Under the pieces are notes generated by a model. The model had not been told where the DNA came from. It was given only the letters and a program-made list of their open reading frames with translations, and made no database searches. This document shows positions 1 through 12,548 of a stretch of 64,000 bases of DNA, piece after piece. Numbering within the stretch: position 1 is the first letter of the stretch; each line of letters begins with the position of its first letter. The stretch is from NCBI GenBank assembly GCA_951406725.2, contig OX597814.1:151900001-151964000 (forward strand), given 5' to 3'. A program made the translations under genes and the position numbers. This stretch comes from Octopus vulgaris. Lineage: Eukaryota.

Positions 1-470
1 TGGTAGAAGTGATCATTGCTGATTGTGAGGCCTAAAATTTGGAGCAGTTGTGTGAGCTTTAGTTGAATGCTGATCATGTCTAGGGGTGAGTGCAATGATG
101 TTTTCATGATATGAGTAGTGCTTGTGTTTTTTGTTGTTGAAAGAGACAAAATTGGCATGGCCCCCACTAGAGGGTGGTTAGGAGATCTCCATTCATGGAA
201 ATAAAGCAGGTTTGATGTATGGTGTGGATGCTGCATGTGAATGATGTGCAGTTGGGGAAGGTTAGGGAAGAGTGGGTGTTGTAGTCCTATTGGAATGTAG
301 GTTATTGATATATAGAAGAAAGAGTGTTGGAGACAGACTTGAATCCTGGGGCTCCTGAGAGCTGATGGTGTGGAACAGAAAGAACTCATTGAAACAAGCC
401 AGATAATGTGATCTGATGTGAAGCTGTCAGTCTAAAAGATGAGACAGGTAGAACCTACTAGGAGATTTGT
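1..470 (-). mobile_element. Decayed LINE reverse-transcriptase fragment (Jockey/I/CR1-like)
   Basis: Minus-strand reading near 300-360 gives frameshifted G-A-P-(Q)-G-S-S-LSPTLFLLYINNL, matching the RT GVPQGSxLSPxLFxxYINDL motif; heavily degenerate. Confidence 0.5.
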
Positions 471-509
471 ATGGTAGACATAGTTGAACATCAGTATTAC
501 TTTCATTAA

Positions 510-662
510 CCCTTTAACCATCAGATTATTCTATCAAATGTAGTGATTGTTTACTTTTAGAATGACATTGTAGGGTAGGTGTGAGAGACCAGATGTGGCT
601 TGTTTGAACATAAAACAGGTAGTATATTTGGGCTGGATATGGCTAGTTTAAATGCTGAAGGG
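510..662. mobile_element. piggyBac-like MITE
   Basis: TTAA followed by CCCTTTA..., ends AATGCTGAAGGG; related copy at 12995-13214. Confidence 0.55.
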
Positions 663-979
663 CTAGATTTCTTCTTACCCCCACATCAATGTGGTCAACC
701 ATTTCGGTCTTGACCATTTTTTCAGACATAGCTTGTCCCAGATTATATTATCTGTTATGTTCCGCTTTTATTTTTTAAGTAATAGTAAGGTGTGATTTAA
801 GAATAATTTGGCTGTTATTTCTTGCATTTTGTTGAACCACATAGAGGGTCCCTCATTGGTCTATGTGTGTGTATTTACCTAAACCTAAATTGAAGTATCA
901 CTGATTTTTTAAAATAATTTTAACAATTAATGTTGTCAAACCAATAACAAAAACAACCCAACTTCCAATTGATTTTCAG

Positions 980-1120
980 GGAGCTGGAACAGCTATTGGC
1001 GAGCTGCCCCCATACTTCATGGCCAGAACATCTCGTCTTTCAGGATCTGAAAGTGAAGAAGAAGAACTTGGTGAACTAGAAGAGCTGGTGCGCGAAAGAA
1101 ATGCCAACCCCGGGGAACTG
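980..1120 (+). CDS. VMP1: VMP1/TMEM49 internal exon ([22 protein letters not shown]...NPGEL)
   Basis: tttcag acceptor, gtatgc donor, 141 nt phase 0-0; [14 protein letters not shown] is the conserved VMP1 (DedA/VTT domain) motif. Confidence 0.97.
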
Positions 1121-1207
1121 GTATGCAAATTATTTAATTCATAATATTAATAACCATTGCAAAGATTTATATGTACAAGTGGTTATATTTTATTTTCTTA
1201 TATATCA

Positions 1208-1370
1208 GCATAGGTGTGGCTGTGTGGTGAGAAGTTAGCTTCCCAACTACATGGTTCCAGGTTCAGTCCCACTGTGTGGTACTTTATGCGAGTGTCTTCT
1301 ACTCTAGCTTTGGGCTGACCAAAGCCTTGTGAATGGATTTGGTAGATGGAAACTGAAAGAAGCCTGTTTT
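1208..1370 (+). mobile_element. tRNA-head SINE family A, 5' part
   Basis: gtggctgtgtggt...ggttcagtcccactg...gccttgtgaatggatttggtagatggaaactgaaagaagcc, as in the full copy at 61277-61701. Confidence 0.8.
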
Positions 1371-1391
1371 GTGTGTGTGTGTGTGTTTGAA

Positions 1392-1685
1392 GGTGCATGG
1401 TCTAAAGTTTAGGGTATTTCACTCACAATTGCTACATCATGGGTTCAATTCCTGGATTGGGTGGCATATTGTGTTCTTAAGCAAAACACTTCATTTCACA
1501 TTGTTCCAGTCCACTCAGCTGTAAATGGTTAACCCTGTGATGGAGTAGCCTTCCTATCAGGGAGGATGTTGACCTGCTCACCTAGCCAGCAGGGTGGCCT
1601 CATTCAAAAGCTAAAGCAATGCAAAGCACATTGTGACCAGTGGTGTATAACAACATCCAATAATCTGGTTGATATTGTGATTACT
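1392..1685 (+). mobile_element. tRNA-head SINE with CORE-like central domain
   Basis: tRNA-like head plus gtgttcttaagcaaaacacttcatttcacattgttccagtccactcagctg, shared with copies at 18833, 36689, 55858 and 60081. Confidence 0.65.
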
Positions 1686-2197
1686 GCAATGTGTATGTGT
1701 GTGTCTTTGTGTGTACCCTTGTCTAGACATCACGTGATGGTGGTAAATGACTGAGGTTGTTCATTTTCAGGCTTCCATGTAAAACATGTCTGGCCTTAGT
1801 GAAATATTATCTTTTAAGGAAACAAATGAAGGTTGACAATAGAGCATCTAGCCATAGATCTGCCTCAACAAATTCTATCTGACCCATGCAAGCATGGAAA
1901 AGTGGATGTTAAATGATGATGATGCTGATGATGATATTGATATATATATATTGTCAGGGTTAACCAACTGAAATTTCATAATATTTAAGTTATAAAAATT
2001 TGATTAAGATTTTAATTTAAATATGAACAATTTAATTTAAAATTGGAACAATTTCATCTGAGATGGATTGGAATTTAAAAGCTTTTAAGAAATTTCTAGG
2101 ATCTTTCAGAGAAACAACTTTGGGGAAATACTGTAACTAGTTTAACAAGTTAGAACTTAATTAATGTTTTTTTTTTTTGTTTTTTTTTTTGTTTCAG

Positions 2198-2278
2198 GGT
2201 TTCCTTGATCGAGCAAAGGTTGGAATTCATAACATGATAAAGAAAGTAGGCTTTTGGGGTATCTTGGCTTGTGCTTCT
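2198..2278 (+). CDS. VMP1: VMP1 exon ([27 protein letters not shown])
   Basis: Poly-T/cag acceptor, gtaagt donor, 81 nt phase 0-0; matches KVGFFGILACAS. Confidence 0.97.
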
Positions 2279-2347
2279 GTAAGTATCATAAGTATTATTA
2301 TTATTATTATTATTATTGTTGTTGTTGTTGTTGTTGTTATTGTTATG

Positions 2348-2838
2348 GGGTGCAATAGTCCAGTGGTTAGGGCAGTGGACTTGCAGTTGTAGGATCGTGG
2401 TTTCAATTCCCAGACCGGGCATTGTGAGTGTTTATTGAGCCAAAACACCTAAAGCTCCATGGAGCTCCGGGTGAACCCTGCTGTATTCTTTCACAACTTT
2501 CTTTCACTCTTTCTTCCTGTTTCTGTTGTACCTGTATTTCAAAGGGCCAGCCTTGTTACACTCATGTGTCACGCTGAATCTCCCTGAGAACTATGTTAAG
2601 GGTACATGTGTCTGTGGAGTGCTCAGCCACTTGCACATTAATAAATGAGCTGTGACGTTCACTGGGCCAAGCTGTATCGGCCTTTGCCTTTCCCTTGGAT
2701 AACATTGGTGGTGTGGAGAGTGTAGGCAGGTATGCATGGGCGACAGCTGGTCTCCATAAACAACTTTGCCCAGACTTGTGCCTCAGAGGGTAACTTTCTA
2801 GGTGCAATCCCATGGTCATTCATGACTGAAGGGGGCCA
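2348..2838 (+). mobile_element. Chimeric SINE (5' part of one family joined to the 3' half of family B)
   Basis: 2530-2641 matches the minus-strand SINE at 44385-44690; 2642-2838 matches the 3' half of copies at 18833, 36689 and 60081. Confidence 0.75.
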
Positions 2839-2845
2839 CACATTA

Positions 2846-3150
2846 TCTCAAGATATCTCAAGAACTGCTGGATGGATTCAGATGAAACTTTCAGGGATGT
2901 TTGGCCTTGTGTCTGGCATGAACTGATTAGATTTTAGGATTGATCCAGTACCGGACAAAGATTATGAATTATTTTTCCGATTCTTTTTACTTAATTTTTG
3001 AGAGCAGTTGGGTTCATTTTTAGTATTCTCATTTGTGAGAGCAGTTGAGTTTATTTCAGATATTCTCATTTTAAAAATCATCTCCATCTAATCATTTAGA
3101 GAATGTTGGTATTGCCTTGGTGGAGGTTTGCACTCTCTGAGTGTTCTTGC
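2846..3150 (+). mobile_element. Helentron-associated (HINE/DINE-like) non-autonomous element, 3' part
   Basis: Ends gccttggtggaggtttgcactctctgagtg, resembling the subterminal repeat plus hairpin end of HINE elements. Confidence 0.45.
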
Positions 3151-3224
3151 TATTATTATTATCATTATTATTATTTTAGCAATAATAAATCTCTGAACGA
3201 GGTATAAACAGTAACTGCACGACA

Positions 3225-3351
3225 ATGTGAGGTATACTTGCCATCTCAATATGGCTAACCACTAAGGGTGGGTGTTCTCCTGGGGCTACAAGCTACAGTA
3301 ATACCCACCCTCAGTGGTTAGCCATATTGAGATGGCAAGTATACCTCACAT
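3225..3351. repeat. ~50-bp near-perfect inverted repeat in a VMP1 intron
   Basis: atgtgaggtatacttgccatctcaatatggctaaccactaagggtgggtgtt is complementary to aatacccaccctcagtggttagccatattgagatggcaagtatacctcacat, with one A:C and one G:U. Confidence 0.95.
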
Positions 3352-3465
3352 ATTATTATTATTATTTTTTTAAGACATTTTAATTTGATATTATTTCAAT
3401 TGTTACCTCTTTCAAGAAAAAATAACTTGGTCATAAAATCATAAAGTTGACAAATTTCAATTTAA

Positions 3466-3600
<135 letters not shown>

Positions 3601-4191
3601 TAAGTTTTGGTTTCTTCTTTAGCATTAATGATTAAGAGTAATTGTTACATTTGTATGAAATATGTGCATGCGTGTGCACACACACACACACACATGCTTG
3701 TGTGTTTGTTTACTTTGTTGCTTCTCCAAGTTCATCACACAAGCAAATACATAGATAGGTATGAGAATCTTGTAATAGTTGAGAAGATTATCAGTATCAA
3801 CTGAATATATAAACTCTACTACACACATACATATATACATATACAAACCTATACATATATATAGAAACAGATACTTTCATTGTTTCAATAGTCTTATAAT
3901 TGAGACATTTCTGTAATGCTGGCTAAAAATGAATTATGTGTTTTTCGATAGATTAAGTAGAGCAAACAAAGAATTCTCATGAGTAGCTAGTGAAGAACAT
4001 CTATTTGGCATCATGCCAACTGCTTTCTGAGAGTGGATACTTAAGGTTTAAACAAAGCAGAATCCATCTCTATCATTCATGTGTATCATTTTAGACAGTA
4101 TTTTTTCCTGTTACAAGACATTTCTGATGGGTTGCATGGGTTACACACACAGATACACACACGTGTGTGTGTATATGTATATATATATATT

Positions 4192-4578
4192 GACCTGTTG
4201 CAGCAAGTGAAATCGTTCTCATGGTCGATGACAGTACCACCTGATCGGCACCCATGCCAATGGCACGTAAAAGCATTTGAGCATGATCGTTGCCAGTGCC
4301 GCCTGACTGGCACCTATGCTGGTGGCACGTAAAAAGCACCATTTGAACGTGGTTGATGCCAGTACTGCCTGACTGGCTCTTGTGCTGGTGGCACATTAAA
4401 AGCACCCACTACACTCTTGGAGTGGTTGGCATTAGGAAGGGCATCCAGATGTAGAAACCCTGCCAGATCAGATTGGAGCCTGATGCTGCCTTCTGGCTTG
4501 CAAGCCCTCGGTCAAACCATACAACCTATGCCAGCATGGAAAGCTGATGTTAAACGACGATGATGACAATGATGATGC
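4192..4578 (+). mobile_element. RTE-type 3' tail fragment
   Basis: Repeated gtggcacgtaaaaagcacc motifs and gcatggaaagctgatgttaaacgacgatgatg end, shared with 5780-6061. Confidence 0.65.
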
Positions 4579-4664
4579 TGATATATACACACACTTACTG
4601 GTATAACTCCATTGTCCAGAAGTTCACTTCACAATTATATAAGTCTAGTTTCAAAACCCACCCA

Positions 4665-6061
4665 TGGCTGGTGAAAGCTGTACAGGTCATGTACATAGAT
4701 GCTATCAGTAAGGTGAGAGTTAATGGTTATAACAAAGAATTTGGTGTACAAGTAGGAGTTCATCAAAGTCCAGTCCTTAGTCTCCACCTTTTCATCATTG
4801 TCCTCCAAGCCATAAGAAGAACTCAAGATTGGAAGCCTGTGAGAACTACTGTATGCTGATGATCTTGTCCTCATAGCAATTTCCATATCAGAGCTAGAAG
4901 AGAAATTTCATTTGTGGAAGCAAAATTTGGAATCTAAAGTCCTTAAGGTCCTCATAAGCAAGAAAACTGACAGGATCCTACCCATTCAGGTAGGTGGCCC
5001 TGTTCAATTTATAGGAAAGGTGTAGGCAAGAACTCCATATGGTGCATCCGATGTAAGCTATAAACACATTAGTTGCAGTGGATTATTAGGAAGATTATCT
5101 GAGAAGGTAGTGTTTGGGAAATTGATTTTCTCAAATGCCCTGGTAGCTCATTAGAGATATTAGATAATTTTTGCTACCTAGGAGACCAAGTTAGTAGTGC
5201 AGGTGGATGCACAGAGACTGTGATAGAATAAGAATAGGATGGAGGAAATGCAGAGAACTTACCTTTGTTGGCGACAAAAGGTTTCTGTCTGAGTGAGAGA
5301 AGATTGTATGATGCATGTATATGGACAACAATTCTACATGATAGTGAGGCATGGGTCATGAATGCAGAGGACATGCGAAAATTAGAAAGGAATGTGGTTA
5401 GTATGCTCTGTTGGATGTGTAATGTAAGTGTACGTGTTCATTAGAGTGCTAGTGTTATGAGAGAAGTTAGGCATAAAAGGAATTGGTTGCTGTGTGCACG
5501 AGAAAAGACTGTGCTGGCTTGGTCATGTGATGCAGATGGATGCCAACAGCTCCATAAAGAAGTGCCGATCTTTAAAAGTGGATGGAGTACATGGAAGTGG
5601 GAGACCCAAAAAGACAAGGGACGAAGTGCTGAAGAAAGACCAAGACACTGAACCTTTAAGGCGAGATGACAAAGGACTGAGATACCTAGGGCATTGCTGT
5701 ATTCAAGAAAGCCCTTACTCTGCAACAGAAGTGTTAAGACTGTTCCCCCTGGTGGTGAGGATTAACTTGGAAGAGTCTTGTGCTGGTACCACATAAAAAA
5801 CCCCCACTTGTGGTGGTGCCACATTAAAGCACCTGTGTGGTTCCACGTAAAAGCACCCATGTGATGCGATGTAAAAGTGCCCATGTAGAGCCATGTAAAA
5901 GCACCAACACACTTTACAAAGTGGTTGGCATTAGGAAGGCATCCAGCTGTAGAAATCATGCCAAGTAAGTCTGGAGTCTGATGCAACTCTAGCTTGCCAG
6001 CTCTGATCAAACTGTCCCCCCCTTGCCAGCATGGACAGCGGATGTTAAATGATGATGATGA
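4665..6061 (+). mobile_element. 5'-truncated, decayed RTE-clade LINE
   Basis: VGVHQSPVLSLHLFIIVL, ELLYADDLVL (YADD at 4852-4863), Cys-rich WPCSI..KGVGKNSIWCIRC segment, RLCWLGHVMQM, (GAT)n tail; stops and frameshifts. Confidence 0.85.
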
Positions 6062-6176
6062 ATGGCATAAAAATTTCAAGTGATAATAGTAATGTGTGCA
6101 ACAATGACCCAGAATAATCGATGAATTCCTAACCTTGCATATTTTATATATTAACTATTATTTCTTTTTTTTTCAG

Positions 6177-6238
6177 AAACTTTTTGTAATTTTCTTGTTT
6201 AGTGAACATCACATGGACCAAGCTATAAAATTCATGAA
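6177..6238 (+). CDS. VMP1: VMP1 exon (KLFVIFLFSEHHMDQAIKFM-K)
   Basis: tttcag acceptor, gtaagt donor, 62 nt phase 0-2; joins in frame with both neighbours. Confidence 0.93.
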
Positions 6239-7030
6239 GTAAGTGGAATAGTCATAATCTGTTTCAGTCTGTTGATTATGTTTTAAGTTGCTGTAGAATC
6301 TTTACTTTCACTTATGTCCATACAAATAGAAATCTACATGAAAGTTTTGATATTCAGCCAGTAGTATGGTGGATCTATTACACTGTCCTGTTTATCCTTC
6401 CGTATAAACCATGCCAAATCAGACTGGAACTTGGTGCAGCTTACCAGTTTCTGTCAAACCGTCTAACCCATGCCAGCATGGAAAGCAGACGCTGATTGAT
6501 GTTGATGTATGAGCATATATATATATAGATATATCATATTTGATTGGAAGCTAAAATTTCATAATCATTATTCTAAGTTCCTTGCTTTTGATCTTTGAAG
6601 ATGGCGATGAGAAGCTTAGAGTAATGAATTATGAAGTTCCAAATTCCATTAAAATATATTAATTTACTTGTGCACTCTCTCTCTCTTTGTTCTCACTCAA
6701 GTGTTACACAAACACACATACACATTACTCTGTGTGTGTGTGTGTGTGTGTGTATAAGCGGGTGCATTTCATGATTTTTACATAAGTTTTGTCCCTGTAT
6801 GCTGGTGTGGACTTTTGTTCCTTGTAAATAGCTAAAATAAATACCGAAGTATATGGGTTGATATCATTGAGTGAAGCACTTGATGTCAGTGCTTGAATTT
6901 AGTAAAAGAATATATTCATGTGTGTATATGTTTCTAAGTTAAACATCTGTTATCGATTTTATTTATTCTTGTTTCAGACTGTAACTTTGCTGGGGCACCA
7001 AGTTAACTTTTCCGTTTTTTTTCTCTGTAG

Positions 7031-7130
7031 GTTTATTCCATTTATTGGTCCTTATACGCAGGCACCATTTATGAAATGGTTGGAACAACAGAAGAATAAA
7101 TTGCATAATCCAGATCCTCAAGTTAGTCAA
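7031..7130 (+). CDS. VMP1: VMP1 exon (FIPFIGPYTQAPFMKWLEQQKNKLHNPDPQVSQ)
   Basis: ctgtag acceptor, gtaagt donor, 100 nt phase 2-0; resembles [24 protein letters not shown]. Confidence 0.95.
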
Positions 7131-7509
7131 GTAAGTTCCCTGTTTGTATTCAAATAATGATAGCAGTTTACAGATATGTGATCAACTGCATTCCATTTGT
7201 GATCACCCTTCATATTTACCAGTATCTAGAAGTGTTTTATCTAATGTGTCCTTCCTTGAAGGATGTTATATTAGGGAGCATTAAAAAGTTAAAGAATAAT
7301 TATATGGTGACAAATAATATTATCATCACTAATATTGTCCAATTACTATTATAATTAATTCAGCAGGTAAGGGAGGCAACTCTCAATTTGTTTCAGTTTT
7401 ATTGTCAACCCTTTAGCAAAACATGACCTTCAATATACAAACTTCTTAGTAACATAGCTATGCATGAACACTTTTCTAGCTTTTTATAAATAATTATTAT
7501 AAAAAGCAT

Positions 7510-8410
7510 TGAGCTGGCAGAATTGTCGGCACATTCTTTTCACCACTTAATTTTCAGAGCTCAAATGCCACCGGGTTGATAAAATAAACTAACCAGGCTT
7601 CTCAACCATATGGTCTTGGGTTCAGTCCCACTGTGAGTCACATTGGGCAAGTGTTCTGCTATTATAGTGCTGGGCTGACCAAAGCCTTGTGAGTGGGTTA
7701 GGTAAATGGAAACTGAAAGAAGCCTGTGGTGTATGTATGTGTGTGTACCCTTGTCTAGCCATCATTTAGCATCTGCTTCCCATGCTGGAATGGGTTGGAC
7801 AGTTTGACTGAAACTGGTAAGCTGGATAGCTGCACCAGGTTCCTATCTGATTTGGCATGGTTTCTACAGCTGGATGCCTTTCCTAATACCAACCACTGCA
7901 AGAGTGTAATAGGTGCTTTTCACATACCACCATGAGGTGTCAGTTAAGTGGCACCAGCAGTGGCCACTACTTCGATTTCACTTGGCTTGAGTCTTATCCA
8001 GCATGGAATGTCACCAAGTGTCTCAGTCACTTATCATCTTCAATGGTTATAAATGAGCTTCATCATCAGGGTGCAAGGGATGTTGTTCATTTCCAACATG
8101 GGAAATATTACCCTGCTTGGAGGTGAGTGTTGGTAACAGGAAGAGCATCTGGCTGTAGATAATCTGTCTCAATAAATTCAGTCTGACCTATGGATGTTAA
8201 ATTATTATTATTATTAATATTTAGACAACAAGCTGGCAAAATCACTACAACCCTGGGCACAATGCTTAGTGGCATTTCATCCATCTTCAAATCCCACTGC
8301 AGCCAACTTTGCCTTTCATTCTTTCAGGGTCAATAAAAACAAGTACCAGCTGAGTACTGGGGTCAATGTAACTGACCCCCCCTCTCCGAAATTGCTAGCC
8401 TTGTGTTGAA
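7510..8410. mobile_element. Cluster of SINE (families A and C) and RTE-tail fragments
   Basis: Recognisable pieces of families seen intact elsewhere in the window, in both orientations. Confidence 0.65.
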
Positions 8411-8426
8411 ATTGTTATTATTATTA

Positions 8427-8487
<61 letters not shown>
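8411..8487. repeat. (TTA)n microsatellite abutting the last VMP1 splice acceptor
   Basis: Directly visible; gives the poly-L of ORF 8403..8636. Confidence 0.95.
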
Positions 8488-8488
<1 letters not shown>

Positions 8489-8498
8489 TTCTTTTCAG

Positions 8499-8636
8499 GG
8501 GACTAATCCATTATCATACATATTTGAGAAAGCTGTATTACTTATGGTAGCATATTTCATGCTTTCTATCATCAATTCAATGGCTCAAAATTATCATAAA
8601 CGGATGAGCAAATCTAAAAATCGCTTGGATGATTAA
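8499..8636 (+). CDS. VMP1: VMP1 terminal coding exon ([45 protein letters not shown])
   Basis: ttttcag acceptor, TAA at 8634-8636; matches [22 protein letters not shown]. Confidence 0.97.
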   Translation, partial: GTNPLSYIFEKAVLLMVAYFMLSIINSMAQNYHKRMSKSKNRLDD

Positions 8637-8640
8637 TAAA
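8635..8640 (+). promoter_or_regulatory. AATAAA overlapping the VMP1 stop codon (candidate proximal polyA signal)
   Basis: gatTAATAAA; whether it is used is unknown. Confidence 0.35.
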
Positions 8641-8659
8641 GAGACACAAATGAAACGAT

Positions 8660-8678
8660 GGGGTGGGGCGGGGTGGGG
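8660..8678 (+). promoter_or_regulatory. Four-tetrad G-quadruplex motif in the VMP1 3'UTR
   Basis: GGGGTGGGGCGGGGTGGGG. Confidence 0.6.
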
Positions 8679-9295
8679 TTCATCATAAAAGAACACGAGA
8701 TGAAAACTAGTGAAAAATATATTTAAAAAAAAAGAAAAAAAAAAAAGAAACCCAATAAACATTGAAGTTGAATAAAGGCAAGTCCAGAAGAACTGGAATA
8801 AGGGAGAAGAAAAAAAAAAGTTAAAACTAAAAGAAAAATTCACCAAAAAAATATTTCTTTTCCATCCATAAAATATTCTTGGGTATTATTTCTGTTTTTG
8901 ACAACCCACTGTCGTTGTTGTTAACATCTGTTATATAACAGTAGACCGAAGGACCTTGAAGGAAATATAACCAAGGAATTACGTTCACTTTTTGTATAAA
9001 TATAACTGAAAACTCTCCCTATATATGTGCACACAAAAATTTTATTTATATTTTTTAACCAATTTAATTGATAATTTGAAAAGGAAAAAAAAATACATAA
9101 ACAAAACAAATATATCTAACAAAATCAACATCAAGTAACAAAGAAGGAAAAAAAAAAATCACCGTCATTCTGCTCATTTTTCGTGAATTTGGAAGACAGT
9201 CAGAGATAAAAGAACACAACAAAAAAATGCAATATATATATATATATGTGTTTGTTTGTGTGTATGTGTGTATAAATAAAATGTGTGTATGTATG

Positions 9296-9332
<37 letters not shown>

Positions 9333-11719
9333 ATGTATATTTGTGCATGTGTGTGTGTATATATATATATATATTTGTGTGTGTAATGTATGTATATATA
9401 TATACATTTATACATATATGATTGCTATAGCCACCTATATTATAATGTATTTAATATATCTTAATATATTATTATGTTATTGTATGTTACTATATACACA
9501 CACCATATACACATGTATAATTATTTATACATATATTTTTATTATACACACACACACACACAGCTCTCTTCTTCAAATGACTCAAAATACATAACATACC
9601 TTATTTCCCCCTAAGTTCAGAGACATTTGAGCTAATTTCTCTTTTTTTTGGAGAAAAAAAATAGCCCAGTTTCCGGAAACAAGAAATTCCCAATTTTCTG
9701 TTTAATGTTTAGTTTAGTGTCGGATTCTGATAGGTTTTTGTCAACAGCCTTGTACATCATCTACTTAGGACTTTAACCAATTTAAATTGGGTAAATCATA
9801 AAAAAATGATAACATTTCCAGAGAAACAAACGAAAAGAAACAACAAAAACACAAAAACCCTCTCTTAAACTTAATCAGGTTATCATTTTGTTTTCAACTT
9901 GATCTACCATAACTATCTGTCTGTGTGTATACATGTACGTATATGTATATATACATGTGTATATACATGTCTGTATGTGTGTGTGTGTGTATGCATGTAA
10001 AATCTGGTTTTATTCTAAAAATTCCTCCCCCAAAGAGAAAGAGCAGGTCTCTAAACCTGAAACGAGGCTATTTCATTGGAATTTTGATCACATCAGCTAA
10101 ATAGCCTTATAAGCATATGTGCAGGTGTATGTGTGTCTGTCTGTATGTATGTATGTATGTATGCATGTGTGTGTATATACATGTATGTATATAACCATAT
10201 GTATATATATTTATATATATACACACACACATACACACCTTTGTGTATATATGTATGTGTGTGTGTATATATATATTCATTCCAATTTGTTCTCCTTACC
10301 TTTATCTCTTTGTTTCATGATCAAACAAATGTTCAATTCTGATGATTATTAAAAAGAAAGAATGTTTTCTCTGTGCTATTTTTTTTCTTTTTGTTGTTTT
10401 GTTTTCCCCCATGAATTATTCTTTCAATGTTTGTGAGAATTTTGTGCTTTTGTCTATGAAAAAATATATTTTTTGTTGCTTCAGACATGTTGCTTATATT
10501 TTTGTCTGGGAATTATGGAAGAATATAATGTAAGGAATGGAGTTAGTATACTTTTCATCTATATTTTGTATATAATTATATCGATAATTATTGTTATTAC
10601 TTGCAATGTATGCTTCCTTATAAAATTCTCTCAAATGTTATATATTTTTTATTTTTCCTGTCTTATTTCCTCTTCTCATATCCAGTAATGATTGTTATTT
10701 TGATCTGAATTTATTCACAGCTTTTATCAATCAATTTACAATATTTTGCTTCTGTTGGTTATCAAAATTGTTTTAGCCTACTAGCAGCGAAAATATTCAT
10801 GAAAATAATGTTCCTAAAATAGGAATTAATCATGTGTTGCTGTCAACTAGTGTATTTGTTGATTTTTGTCTTGGTGTGTTCCTACAGCCACAATCATTAA
10901 AGAACTTAAAGACCAATTGTGACATTGCATTGAAAAAAAAAATTCTTTTTTCAATTTTATCTTGATAGTTGTTTTTTTTTTAATTCTTTTTTTTTTTGTA
11001 ATTAAACTAGCTGCAAATAATTTCTCTAACACATTTCCAGTAATGCAGTTTATGCTCAATATCAACCAGCTGTTGAAGTTTAGTGTTAACTAACACATAT
11101 TTTATTTTAACCTTGCAATAGAAAATTCTTTAAAAAATAAAAAAAAAAGGTCCTCTCACTAAGTTTGTACTACAACTTGATTCTTTGACCAAACGTTTGT
11201 TTCATTGGCTTTTGTAAAGTTTTTTTTTTAATCATGCCTTCTTAACGAAATGCATTACAAAACATTTTTAATTGACCCTCCATTTATAACTAATATTTAC
11301 TGTTACCAACAAAGGAATGCCTAACTGTATATTCCTATCTGTTTGGCATCTGTTCTTTCAACACTTCTAAAATTACACACACACATTACATTTAGGCTAT
11401 TTGTGTATCTCCTTATGAAGCAGGTATTCTCACATCCATTCACTTGTTACAAACTCTTTAATTTAAAACCCAATGTTTGATATTTGCTAGCTTATCAATA
11501 CCAAAAAATCTTTCACCACAGCCTCAACCACATTTCTTTCATTTTGATCACATTTTAGATTATCTTTAGAACAGATCCTCAGGTGTTAGTATCTACCTGT
11601 GTGCAGTTTCAGCTCATCCAAAGTATCACCATTAGTAGTCATCCTTTACATATCTGCCACTTCACATGTCTACCCTAACTCACACCCTGTCTCTGCCATT
11701 ACCAATATTCTCTAATATA

Positions 11720-11767
<48 letters not shown>

Positions 11768-11927
11768 GAATGCCTTGAGAAACTGCAGAGAGTTTCCTAC
11801 AGACTATCACTCACCAGGATTGACAGAAATTAGTCAGATGTTAGCTACTGAAGTGTGACTTTGATAGGCTAGAGGAACACCAGTTTTTTCACATATAATA
11901 TATGGATGTGTGTGTGTGAGTGTATAC

Positions 11928-11966
<39 letters not shown>

Positions 11967-12359
11967 CACACACACATACATATACACACACACATAACAT
12001 TTACTACTACTAACTGTTGTGAAGTCTGATTTTTCTGATGAATGATCTATTAGAATGATTATTGTCTTTTAATCTAATCTGAATTGGTGCTGTGGTTCAC
12101 TGCTTTGGCACTTGTACACTAGATCACTGATAGGTAATTTCCCTGTTGAAAATATACATATACTGGATTTATAATTATTATCATCCTAAATTATAATTCT
12201 ATAAATTGCAAAAGTTGGAAGTTCTAGTCAAGTTTATTAGATTTTGAAATTCAAAGTTCTTAAAATTCTTTTTTTTTTTTAATGTTTGCCAGCATGGGAA
12301 GTAGATGTTAAATGATGTTGATGATGAGGGCATTCAGATTCAGGAAGTTACCTGTAGTT

Positions 12360-12496
12360 ATGGCATTGCCGTGTGGTTATGAAGCTTGCTTTGTAACTAT
12401 GTAGTTTCTGGTTCAGTCCCATTGTATGGCGTCTTGATCTTTCTATCAACCAGAGCCTTGTGAATAAATTTGATAGTTATGAACTGTGGAAGTATG

Positions 12497-12548
<52 letters not shown>

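Noticed and set aside
6978-6980. Possible 3-nt microexon or alternative acceptor (ttcag ACT gtaact)
   Set aside because: It would leave a 50-nt intron; use as an acceptor adds 53 nt and shifts frame; VMP1 aligns without it
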